A stretch of DNA of 64,000 nt from Candidatus Aenigmarchaeota archaeon LH_S7 (GTDB lineage: Archaea; Aenigmatarchaeota; Aenigmatarchaeia; QMZS01). The notes under the pieces are model-generated. The model saw only the letters and a program-made list of their open reading frames with translations. It was not told where the DNA came from and ran no database searches. Positions 49,136-57,505 of the stretch are shown piece by piece. The position numbers and the translations under genes were made by a program. The DNA is taken from contig JAGXOL010000001.1 in NCBI GenBank assembly GCA_023659895.1, positions 15,757-79,756 of the forward strand. Reading direction: 5' to 3'. Numbering within the stretch: position 1 is the stretch's first letter; the number at the start of each line of letters is the position of its first letter.

Positions 49136-49347
49136 AGCGAACTTGCTTTTTAAGTATTAGTAAGTCTGTAAGGATGGAGCAGTTAGGAGTGCTCGTCGAA
49201 CCCTTTTCTCCCTATCGCTCTAAAAGCGTTCACGGAAAAAAAGAGAAATAGGTGCGGAAGGCTCATAAGGACCTTTTTAGAAAGAGGTTCTATCCAAAAT
49301 GCATTTGGGAGACCCGAAGGTCGGTGGTTCAAATCCACCTCCCGCTA
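49136..49347 (+). tRNA. Initiator tRNA-Met(CAT) with introns at 4/5 (49140-49171), 29/30 (49199-49259) and 37/38 (49268-49311)
   Basis: Spliced AGCGGGATGGAGCAGTTAGGAGTGCTCGTCGGGCTCATAACCCGAAGGTCGGTGGTTCAAATCCACCTCCCGCTA: A1-U72 and three G-C pairs in the anticodon stem; BHBs ATAG/CTGT, TCGT/GCGG, CTCA/TGGG. Confidence 0.9.
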
Positions 49348-49377
49348 TTATTACTAAAATTTTAATCAATCTGATTT

Positions 49378-49683
49378 ATGAGTGAAGGATATGAGGGAGA
49401 CATTAAACCTAAAGGACCTACATATACTGAAGATTATCATGTAAATGATAGTCATATAGGTGAGAATGTAACTTTAGAAGATATAAGAATTAAGATATTT
49501 CCAGGAACAGACCGTATTAGACTTGAAGAATTTCCTGAAGAAGATTCAGATTTAAAAGAATATGTTTTAACTTGTTTATCTGAAAAAGATAAAGAGTTGG
49601 CTATAGAGATAATTCATGGCAGATATGATGAAATATATGGTGTATTAGGAAAATTATCTAAAAGAACTATTCCTAATTTTTAA
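49378..49683 (+). CDS. Hypothetical acidic protein
   Basis: 101-aa ORF. Confidence 0.55.
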   Translation: MSEGYEGDIKPKGPTYTEDYHVNDSHIGENVTLEDIRIKIFPGTDRIRLEEFPEEDSDLKEYVLTCLSEKDKELAIEIIHGRYDEIYGVLGKLSKRTIPNF

Positions 49684-49692
49684 AATAAAATT

Positions 49693-50004
49693 ATGGCAAC
49701 AGAATTCAAGATAGAACCCGCAGTAAAAAGGAAAGTAAAGGATCTCAACCCCAACTTAGATTCAAGAGTTTCTTTAATTGGAAGAGTTATTGATTTGAAA
49801 GAAAATCTACTTGTTTTGGATGATGGAACAGGAAAAATCAATATTTCCTTCTCTGAGGACACACCAAAACCAGAATTGAAACAGGAACAAGTAGCAAGGG
49901 TTTTCGGATTTATTATTCCTTCAGACCCTGTGGAAGTTCAAGCAGAAATAATCCAAGACATGAGCAAGCTAAAACTAAAATATCTTGATATCTTGAGAAC
50001 TTAA
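49693..50004 (+). CDS. OB-fold protein, RPA small subunit-like
   Basis: RVSLIGRV, LDDGTG, VQAEIIQDMS. Confidence 0.8.
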   Translation: MATEFKIEPAVKRKVKDLNPNLDSRVSLIGRVIDLKENLLVLDDGTGKINISFSEDTPKPELKQEQVARVFGFIIPSDPVEVQAEIIQDMSKLKLKYLDILRT

Positions 50005-50276
50005 TACATATTTAATTCAAATATTCTTTTTTTAACCATATTATTCATCGTTGTCCTGCTTTTAGCCCTATTAATCCTGTTAGCTAATACAGGATCACCC
50101 ACAGCTTGCTTTATCCAATCAGCAAAATCATTTTTTTCCCTGCTAACATGGTGAAAAAAAGTCTCAAAAGGAATTTCTTTTATTATTTGTGCAAGCTCCT
50201 CCAGATTTCTAATAACTCTACCATCCTTACACAAAAACTCCTTTCCATTTTCAACATCCTTTAGAAATTCACTCAT
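50001..50276 (-). CDS. DUF5752-like protein
   Basis: FLCKDG, NLEEL, FFHHV, NDFADWI. Confidence 0.75.
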   Translation of the reverse strand: MSEFLKDVENGKEFLCKDGRVIRNLEELAQIIKEIPFETFFHHVSREKNDFADWIKQAVGDPVLANRINRAKSRTTMNNMVKKRIFELNMY

Positions 50277-50312
50277 AATATATTTACCCTATATATATAG
50301 AAATAAATAATT

Positions 50313-51092
50313 ATGGTAGAGAAAAATATTTCTAACCAAAACTTAAGGAAGATTGCCATAGTATCAGGTAAGGGGGGAATAGGAAAAACAACTTTGGCTA
50401 TCAATTTAGGATACTTGTTTAACAAGAAATTCAACCAAGATACAGTTCTTGTGGATGGAAATTTAACAACACCTCACATAAGCACAAATTTAGGTATGTA
50501 TAATTATAATTCAACTTTGAATCATATTTTAAAGGATAAAGCAAAACCTGAAGAAGCAGTTTTTGAACATCCTTTAGGCATCAAGGTATTGCCTGCTTCT
50601 CTTGAGACAGAAGACTTAAAAAACGTTGATATAATGAGATTACCTAGTAAGTTAAATGAATTAAAATCAAATGTTTTAATTGATAGTGCCCCTGGTTTGG
50701 GTAGAGAAGGTGTTGCAGCAATTTCCTCTGCTGATGATATCTTGTTTGTTACCCAACCTTTTTCAAATGCAGTTATAGATATTTATCGTGCAAAGAAGGT
50801 TGCGGAAAAATTAAACAAAAATATTTTGGGAATAGTGGTTAATGCAAAAAAAGATTTAAAACACGAACTAACAAACAATGAGATAGAACAATTAACAGAA
50901 GTGCCTGTAATAATAACAATACCTTATGATGTAGAAATAGAAAAATCATTAACTGCAAAACTTCCTTTGGAAGCATTTAATTCTAGGACAAAAACAAATA
51001 AGAATCTTAATTCTTTAGCATCTAAAATAACAGGATTTGAATTGGAAGAAAAAGGATTCTTTAACAAGTTAAAAAATTTCTTCAGAAGATAA
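50313..51092 (+). CDS. minD: MinD/ParA-family ATPase
   Basis: SGKGGIGKTT, VDGNL, IDSAPG. Confidence 0.88.
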   Translation: MVEKNISNQNLRKIAIVSGKGGIGKTTLAINLGYLFNKKFNQDTVLVDGNLTTPHISTNLGMYNYNSTLNHILKDKAKPEEAVFEHPLGIKVLPASLETEDLKNVDIMRLPSKLNELKSNVLIDSAPGLGREGVAAISSADDILFVTQPFSNAVIDIYRAKKVAEKLNKNILGIVVNAKKDLKHELTNNEIEQLTEVPVIITIPYDVEIEKSLTAKLPLEAFNSRTKTNKNLNSLASKITGFELEEKGFFNKLKNFFRR

Positions 51093-51117
51093 ATAAGTTT
51101 CTAAAGTAAGAAATTAT

Positions 51118-51217
51118 GCGTTGGTGGTCTAGATCTTAACAATTTATTGTTTAGAGGACAATGGCATGATACAGCCCTGCCACGGCTGTGACCCGGGTTC
51201 GAATCCCGGCCAACGCA
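51118..51217 (+). tRNA. tRNA-Gly(GCC) with 29-nt intron at 15/16 (51133-51161)
   Basis: GCGTTGG/CCAACGC acceptor, CAGCC-CTGCCAC-GGCTG; BHB GTCT/GGAC. Confidence 0.93.
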
Positions 51218-51309
51218 GAACAATTTTTTAGGAAAAATTTTCCATCGAAGAGTCCTATGATTAAAAATAAATAAATGACTTCCCTAAATCTATTATTTAT
51301 TAGTTATAT

Positions 51310-51574
51310 GGGGTTGTGGTGTAACCTGGCAGCACTGCTGGCTCCAGTGGAATCTTTTTCTTTAAAAAAGAAAAACCTTCCAGTCAAAAAGAAATAGATT
51401 CCCTTCAGTCAAAAAGAAAATGGAGTTATGACGCTTCGCGGATGAATGAAGAAACCAGCCAATCCCGGTTCAAATGGAACTTTTAGAAAAAGTTCCATCA
51501 AAACAAGCTTTTAAAAAAGCTTGAGCAAAAAAGGAACCTTTTCTAAAAAGATTCTGAAAATCCGGGCAACCCCA
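51310..51574 (+). tRNA. tRNA-Trp(CCA) with introns at 37/38 (51348-51453) and 59/60 (51475-51560)
   Basis: GGGGTTG/CAACCCC acceptor, GCTGG-CTCCAGA-CCAGC after splicing; BHB TTCA/TGAA. Confidence 0.92.
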
Positions 51575-51682
51575 GGAGATTTTTGGAGCTTCCACTTCCA
51601 TAAAAACCTCCAGCCAAAACCTGATTAATAGGAAAGGTTGCATCCAGAAAAAGAAACATATTTTTAATATTATAATTATATT

Positions 51683-52441
51683 ATGGTCAATACAAGAATC
51701 ATAGGAATTTTATCTGGTAAGGGTGGGGTAGGGAAAACCACTTTGGCTTTGAATCTTGGAGCTGCTTTAACTGATTTTGGAAAGAATGTTCTAATAGTTG
51801 ATGGAAACCTGACAACACCAAATTTAGGAATACACGCTGGAATACCTCTTTATCCTACATCTATGCATGATGTTTTGAAAGGCAACGTAGACATTTATGA
51901 TGTGATGCATATAATGTATAATGGTTTGAAAATAGTCCCAGCATCAATAAACCTGAATGACTTGAAAGGGGTAGATCCTGACATGTTATCCACAAGCTTT
52001 ATTGATTTGGCAGGAAAAATAGACTTTTTGTTGATTGATGGAGCACCAGGATTAGGAAGCGAGGCTTTATCAATTTTCAAGGCATCACACGAAGTACTGG
52101 GTATTTCAACACCAGAATTACCAGCTTTAACAGATTTACTGAAATCTGTAAGACTTGCAAAAGATCATCAAAAGGAATATGTAGGGAGCGTGGTTAATAT
52201 GGTAACTAAAAAGAAGTATGAGCCTAACAGGGAACAAATAGAATCTTTCTTAGAAGGAGTTCCTATATTAGAATTAGTGCCTCATGATCATCATGTAAGA
52301 CACGCTTTGTCAAAAAGAGTCCCTGTAATATATCATAAACCAAATGCGAAGTCTTCCCTGAAAATCAAAAGTGTAGCAGCCCAATTAGCAGGCAAAGAAT
52401 ACAAAATACCTTGGCACAAAAAAATATTTAACAGAATTTAA
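51683..52441 (+). CDS. minD: MinD cell-division ATPase
   Basis: SGKGGVGKTT, VDGNLTTPNL, IDGAPG, TPELPALTD. Confidence 0.92.
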   Translation: MVNTRIIGILSGKGGVGKTTLALNLGAALTDFGKNVLIVDGNLTTPNLGIHAGIPLYPTSMHDVLKGNVDIYDVMHIMYNGLKIVPASINLNDLKGVDPDMLSTSFIDLAGKIDFLLIDGAPGLGSEALSIFKASHEVLGISTPELPALTDLLKSVRLAKDHQKEYVGSVVNMVTKKKYEPNREQIESFLEGVPILELVPHDHHVRHALSKRVPVIYHKPNAKSSLKIKSVAAQLAGKEYKIPWHKKIFNRI

Positions 52442-52993
52442 TTACTTTAATTTTACTTCACTTTTCCTTATTTCAACTGTACTAATTGGATATATTGCGT
52501 TTAAACTCTTCTTTAAATCACGTTGTAGGTTATCAGAAATAATATCTTGAACTATTTTATCCAAAGTATTTTCTCTTATATAAAGTTCCAAAAATCTTTT
52601 TACCTCTCTCCTAATATTTCTAGAAACACTTGTTTTAACATTCATAGTTGTGATTATTAATGGTTTTAAAACCAAAATGAAATCACTTTTGGTTTTTCCT
52701 TTGATATACAAATCTATTCTTGTGGAGAATTTTCTAACACTTTTTGAGATGAAAGCTCTCGAAATCTCATGACCTTTAAAAGAAGTTACAAGTTTATCAT
52801 CCTTTAAGTCTTCTATCTTGAAATCAAACTTGTAATAATATTTTTGGCTTCTTTCCCATATATCTTTCGCATAAACAGTGAACTTTCTTCCAATTATGTT
52901 TTTAGATTTTTCAGCAAAAGTTTTACCTACAGCTTTCTCTCCAAATAATTTAGGGGTTTTTATCTCAAATTCCTGTTTAGGCTTTCCCTTCAT
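52442..52993 (-). CDS. rps3ae: 30S ribosomal protein S3Ae (eS1)
   Basis: PKLFG, IIGR, FKGHE, IYPISTVEIRKSEV. Confidence 0.9.
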   Translation of the reverse strand: MKGKPKQEFEIKTPKLFGEKAVGKTFAEKSKNIIGRKFTVYAKDIWERSQKYYYKFDFKIEDLKDDKLVTSFKGHEISRAFISKSVRKFSTRIDLYIKGKTKSDFILVLKPLIITTMNVKTSVSRNIRREVKRFLELYIRENTLDKIVQDIISDNLQRDLKKSLNAIYPISTVEIRKSEVKLK

Positions 52994-53055
52994 TTATATA
53001 GATAATTAAAAAATTAATAGTTTTAGTCTGATATTTAATGTAAATATAATTGTTT

Positions 53056-53817
53056 ATGAACGATGAAATATACGTGCTGAAGATAGGAGGTAGTGTAGTA
53101 ACTGAGAAAGGGAAAGAGAAAACAGCACGAAGAGAAGTGATAAAACGAATAACAAAAGAAATTGCTCTCGCACTCTCAGCTCGAAAAAATCTTATCCTGA
53201 TACACGGTGCCGGGTCTTATGGGCATCCGCAAGCAAAGATATACCAGAAAACTGGAAAAGTTAAGGATGCTTTGGTCACTCACGAATCTGTGAAAGAGCT
53301 AAATAGGTTGATAGTATTATCCATGATGGAACTTGAACTGAAAGCAGTACCCATACATCCTTTATCTGGGGTTGTGTCTAAAGAAGGGAAAATAAAGTAT
53401 AAAATAAAGGAGCAACTACAATTGGCATTAAAGGCTGGAATAATTCCAGTTTTGCATGGAGATACTATTTTGGACAAAAAAGGGGTTTTCCATATATTAA
53501 GTGGTGACCAGCTGGTGACATATGCCGCAAGAGAGTTCAAAGCGAAAAAGGTTGGAATAGGTACTGATGTGGATGGTGTTTTAAGCGATACTGGAGAAGT
53601 GATAAAAAAAGTAACGCCTGTTGAGACAGATACGATCAGTATAAAAGGGTCTAAGTATGTAGATGTAACTGGTGGAATGAAAAAGAAGGTTTACCTATTA
53701 AAAAAGCTCGCATCTGAGAATAGCATTCCTTCTGTTCTTTTTAACGCATTGAAAGAATCGAATGTTTATAAATTCTTAACTGAGGATAAAGACTTGTTCG
53801 GCACAGTGATTCTTTAA
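53056..53817 (+). CDS. ipk: Isopentenyl phosphate kinase
   Basis: LKIGGSV, IHGAGSYGH, PVLHGD, SGD, DVTGGM. Confidence 0.9.
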   Translation: MNDEIYVLKIGGSVVTEKGKEKTARREVIKRITKEIALALSARKNLILIHGAGSYGHPQAKIYQKTGKVKDALVTHESVKELNRLIVLSMMELELKAVPIHPLSGVVSKEGKIKYKIKEQLQLALKAGIIPVLHGDTILDKKGVFHILSGDQLVTYAAREFKAKKVGIGTDVDGVLSDTGEVIKKVTPVETDTISIKGSKYVDVTGGMKKKVYLLKKLASENSIPSVLFNALKESNVYKFLTEDKDLFGTVIL

Positions 53818-53847
53818 AAACCTGATACTTTCTTTAAGAAGTGATCT

Positions 53848-54012
53848 TTAGATCTTATACTTGCTCCTTCTCCAATGCTTTGTGTCAGATCTTATTCTCC
53901 TAGTCCTAGCTCTCTTTAAACCAAATTTCTTTATATCAGCCCATCTTGGAGCTGGCCTTTTTGAAACTGATATTAGTTTTAGTTTCTTCCATAAACCTTC
54001 CTTTTTACCCAT
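53848..54012 (-). CDS. rpl39e: 50S ribosomal protein L39e (absent from ORF track)
   Basis: MGKKEGLWKKLKL...PAPRWADIKKFG...KHWRRSKYKI. Confidence 0.85.
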   Translation of the reverse strand: MGKKEGLWKKLKLISVSKRPAPRWADIKKFGLKRARTRRIRSDTKHWRRSKYKI

Positions 54013-54069
54013 AAAAGGTTTTTCCTTTGAAATAATTTAAAGTCTTTAATCAAAAAAATAAATTAAGAT

Positions 54070-54423
54070 ATGAAGGAAATAAAGATTAAATTAAGAAAAT
54101 TGGAAATAACCGCTTTACATATGAAAGATTGGGAAATTTACCGTGGCTTGATGTTGAGGAAACGAGGCCACGCTTTATTAGAATTCTCAGAGAACAAAAA
54201 ACACAAAATCTGGACTCTTTTCATGCTTTACCCCTTGGATTTGATTTTCATAAACAAGAACAGGGAAGTGGTAGATATAACAGAGAATGCTCCACCAGTT
54301 AATCTGAACCCTCAAACTTGGAAACTCTACACCTCAAAAAACAAGTTCAAGTATTTACTTGAACTAGATAGCAGAGATCAACTAGGAGTGTTCTTTAGAA
54401 TTGGTGATGTTTTGGAATGGTGA
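54070..54423 (+). CDS. DUF192 family protein
   Basis: RGLMLR, IWTLFMLYPLDLIFIN, YLLEL. Confidence 0.85.
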   Translation: MKEIKIKLRKLEITALHMKDWEIYRGLMLRKRGHALLEFSENKKHKIWTLFMLYPLDLIFINKNREVVDITENAPPVNLNPQTWKLYTSKNKFKYLLELDSRDQLGVFFRIGDVLEW

Positions 54424-54437
54424 GTTTAAATTTAAAT

Positions 54438-54560
54438 TTAGCTTGTATGTTCTAATGCTGCTTCTCTTTTATTTTCTACTTTGTAAATACCTCTTCCTAC
54501 AATAGCATGCCATTTATTACTAGCAATATTAGTAACTTTTGTTTTATATCATTTGGTTTA
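54438..54560 (-). pseudogene. pyrF: C-terminal remnant of OMP decarboxylase
   Basis: WHAIVGRGIYKVENKREAALE directly downstream of pyrE, no start codon. Confidence 0.6.
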
Positions 54561-54562
54561 TT

Positions 54563-55258
54563 TCACACACCCCTACCGTATTTTCTTAAATAGTCATCAA
54601 TTCTTTTTAGTTCCCCCCCAGGAATTTTTCCTTTACTTGACAAATAATCTTTTATTTCTGAAATTGTTACTATAGATTCTACCGGTATGCCTGTCTCATC
54701 CTCAAAACTTTTTCTTGCACTTTTTCCATCTGTTCCTATTTCTTGTCTGTCAACAAGAACTATTAAACCTACATATTTTAAATTATCCGCAACACTATTT
54801 AATAAATTAATTGTATTATATTTTGTACGTCCTGTGGTCATTACATCATCTAGTATAAGTACTTTAGCTCCATCTTCAATTTTATCTCCTACAATCCAAC
54901 TTTTTTGTACGTCCTTTTTATTAGCATCCCCATAATCCTTTCGCTCCTTTCTATCAAAAGCATATCTTTTGTTTATCCCAAAACTCCTTAGGGATATTGC
55001 AGTTGCTACGGATAAAGGAATTCCTTTATACGCAGGACCAAATATTATATCATACTTATTCTCCTTAAATCTATCATCTATTCTAGATGCATAAAAATAA
55101 CCTAATTTGCTAATACTATCTCCATCACCAAATTTATCTGTTTTTATAAAATATGGAGACTTTCTATTACTCCCTAATTCGAACAAGTTAGTATCATCTA
55201 TAAAAAAGGCACCTTTATACAACATTAAGTCAATAAGCTCTTCTTTGTATTTTTCCAT
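54563..55258 (-). CDS. pyrE: Orotate phosphoribosyltransferase
   Basis: KSPYF, FGPAYKGIPL, FDRKERKDYG, ILDDVMTTG. Confidence 0.93.
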   Translation of the reverse strand: MEKYKEELIDLMLYKGAFFIDDTNLFELGSNRKSPYFIKTDKFGDGDSISKLGYFYASRIDDRFKENKYDIIFGPAYKGIPLSVATAISLRSFGINKRYAFDRKERKDYGDANKKDVQKSWIVGDKIEDGAKVLILDDVMTTGRTKYNTINLLNSVADNLKYVGLIVLVDRQEIGTDGKSARKSFEDETGIPVESIVTISEIKDYLSSKGKIPGGELKRIDDYLRKYGRGV

Positions 55259-55432
55259 ATTCCTAATATTATTTAGTCCAAAATTTATTTATTTTTAACC
55301 CAAAACAATCACAAAACAAATCTCTACTAAAATTTATCCTTACTCAAGATCTACAAGCACAAGTAGTGATGAATTGGGCAATATAAAAGTATATTATAAT
55401 GGTATTTTAAACTAGATTCTCTCAGAAATATT

Positions 55433-55699
55433 TTGAGAGAAAAGGATGTTTGTTATAGTACTTCAGGAAAGGAAACTATTTTATTTTCAGAGTATGAAGT
55501 AGATAATAGGGAATTTAATGAAGAAGATTTTAAAGAAGTTCTTGAGAATGTGTATGGAGTAAATATAAATGATTTTGGGACTACAAGCAAAGTTAATAAA
55601 TTTATTGAAGAGATGATAAATATAAAGACAAAGATAGCTGATTCAAATATAAGCAATTATAATATTGATAAAGCAGTTGAAGAAGCTTTAAAAACCTAA
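55433..55699 (+). CDS. Hypothetical protein or gene fragment
   Basis: 88-aa ORF with TTG start. Confidence 0.35.
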   Translation: MREKDVCYSTSGKETILFSEYEVDNREFNEEDFKEVLENVYGVNINDFGTTSKVNKFIEEMINIKTKIADSNISNYNIDKAVEEALKT

Positions 55700-55702
55700 T
55701 TA

Positions 55703-55984
55703 TTATTTCCTCTTAATTCTCGTTTTGGTTTCCTTTTGCTGTGTTAATGTTCTTAACAAATCCTTCAATTGAGAATCATTAATGGTTTCCTTGAGCTGTC
55801 CTTGTTGATAAACCTGAATCAAATAAGATTCCACTTGTTCTGCGAGCTGGGAATTTCCAATTCTTACATTAGCTAACCTTTCACGAGCCTCTTTTGTTAA
55901 ACATTTCGCTAAAACTTCTCTCTTCATCTTCTCTAGCTGCTCTTGTTGTTCCCTTTGCGCCTTTAATCGGTCAATATTGTCCAT
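55703..55984 (-). CDS. PDCD5-like DNA-binding protein
   Basis: LTKEARERLANVR, AEQVESYLIQ, INDSQLKDLL. Confidence 0.92.
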   Translation of the reverse strand: MDNIDRLKAQREQQEQLEKMKREVLAKCLTKEARERLANVRIGNSQLAEQVESYLIQVYQQGQLKETINDSQLKDLLRTLTQQKETKTRIKRK

Positions 55985-56010
55985 ATATTAATAAAGTTTT
56001 AATTTTTATA

Positions 56011-56208
56011 ATGGGCTGGAAATGGGATAAGAACAAATGCTTACGTTGTGGTGGATGCGTGGCTGTTTGTCCAACACAAGCTCTCGAACTTACTGAGAAT
56101 GGAATAGAATGGGATGAAAGTCGTTGTATTCATTGTGGGATTTGCGAGGAATTCTGCCCTGTTAAGGCCATAAAAGTTAAAAAAGAAAAAAAGGAGGATA
56201 AAAAATGA
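56011..56208 (+). CDS. 2x[4Fe-4S] ferredoxin
   Basis: Two CxxCxxCxxxCP motifs; ATG at 56011. Confidence 0.92.
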   Translation: MGWKWDKNKCLRCGGCVAVCPTQALELTENGIEWDESRCIHCGICEEFCPVKAIKVKKEKKEDKK

Positions 56209-57389
56209 GAGATGTGATTGTTGTTGGAGCAGGTCCAGGTGGGACTGCAGCAGCAAAATACTTAGCAAGTAAAGGTTATGATGTTGTTATTTACGAGAAG
56301 AGACAGGAGATAGGTGCTCCAAAAAGATGTGGTGAGGGAATTTCTTTTGGTGGTCTTGAAAGATTGGGCTTGGAATTACCAAAAAACTGTGTTAGACAGG
56401 TAATTAATAGTGCCCTAGTTTACGCACCTGATAATTCCCATGTTGAAGTTAGTTACGGAAAGGACTATGGTTATGTTGTGGAAAGAAAAATGTTTGACAA
56501 GTGGCTTGCTGAAGAAGCAGTAAGGAAAGGTGCAAAAGTTAAAGCAAAGACTTACATCAAGGAAGTTTTGAAAGAAGATGGAAAAGTTGTTGGAGTGAGA
56601 GGAGAGCACTTGGGTGAGGAATTTGAAGAAAAATGCAAAGTTTTAATTGCAGCGGATGGGATTGAGAGTAAGATTTCCAGAATGGCTGGATTAAATACAA
56701 CTGCAAACCCAATGCTTGTTGATTCTGGTTTTCAATATGAGATGACAGGAATTAAAATCTCAGACCCAAAGAAAATCCATCTTTATTTCGGAAATGATAT
56801 TGCACCTCGCGGATACATATGGATATTCCCAAAAGGAGAAGATGTTGCAAATGTTGGAATTGGTATTGTGGGAAAGAGCCAAAAATCAGCAAAAGAATAC
56901 TTGAGCGAGTTTGTGGAAAAGACAGAAGGATTGAAAGATGGTTCCATTTTAGAAGTTAACTCTGGTGGTATACCTATAGGAGGTTTAATGAACAAAATGA
57001 CCTTAGACAACTTCTTGGCAATAGGTGATGCAGCACACCAGGTAAATCCTATTAATGGTGGAGGTATGTATGAGGCTCAATTTGCTGCGAGAATTGCAGC
57101 TGATGTTATTGATGAGGGAATTCAAAAAGGAGACACTTCTGAAAAACAATTAGACAAATACAACAAAAAATGGTGGGAAGAGAGAGGAAATAAATTAAAG
57201 AAAGTTGAGAAAATTAGAGAAGTTTCTGAAAAACTTTCAGATGAAGATTTCAACTTCCTTGCAAAAGAATTAAAAGGGGATAATTTGATTGACTTCAGTA
57301 GAGGGCAAGGTTTAAAAGGTTTAGGGAAGATTTTAATCAAGAAACCACATTTGGCGAAGTATGTAAAAGGTTTACACCTTGAATTTTGA
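56205..57389 (+). CDS. Digeranylgeranylglycerophospholipid (geranylgeranyl) reductase
   Basis: GAGPGG, RCGEG, PRGYIWIFPKG, GDAAHQVNPINGGG. Confidence 0.9.
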   Translation: MRDVIVVGAGPGGTAAAKYLASKGYDVVIYEKRQEIGAPKRCGEGISFGGLERLGLELPKNCVRQVINSALVYAPDNSHVEVSYGKDYGYVVERKMFDKWLAEEAVRKGAKVKAKTYIKEVLKEDGKVVGVRGEHLGEEFEEKCKVLIAADGIESKISRMAGLNTTANPMLVDSGFQYEMTGIKISDPKKIHLYFGNDIAPRGYIWIFPKGEDVANVGIGIVGKSQKSAKEYLSEFVEKTEGLKDGSILEVNSGGIPIGGLMNKMTLDNFLAIGDAAHQVNPINGGGMYEAQFAARIAADVIDEGIQKGDTSEKQLDKYNKKWWEERGNKLKKVEKIREVSEKLSDEDFNFLAKELKGDNLIDFSRGQGLKGLGKILIKKPHLAKYVKGLHLEF

Positions 57390-57505
57390 AGATAGAGTTA
57401 AGGTACTTCTGATAGCAAAGATGTAATATTTTTAACTTTTCCAGTGATAGGGGCTTGGCCTTGGATTTTGGCTTCCTTAGATTTAAAATATGCTATTGAT
57501 GGATT

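Noticed and set aside
49119-49174. Alternative tRNA-iMet start at GGCGGGA with a 49-nt intron
   Set aside because: Gives G1-U72 and lacks an inner helix; AGCG at 49136 gives A1-U72 and a clean BHB
51475-51527. Possible second tandem intron in the Trp T-loop (TTCA/TGAG)
   Set aside because: TGAG is partly tied up in its own hairpin and the leftover intron would lack an inner helix; too weak
51476-51560. Tandem hairpins as a CRISPR array, or TnpB as Cas12f
   Set aside because: Units are non-identical, lack spacers and lie within a tRNA intron; no array or cas genes near tnpB
53994-54025. AACCTT..AAAAGGTT as another hairpin-repeat copy
   Set aside because: Overlaps the rpl39e start codon region; probably coincidental
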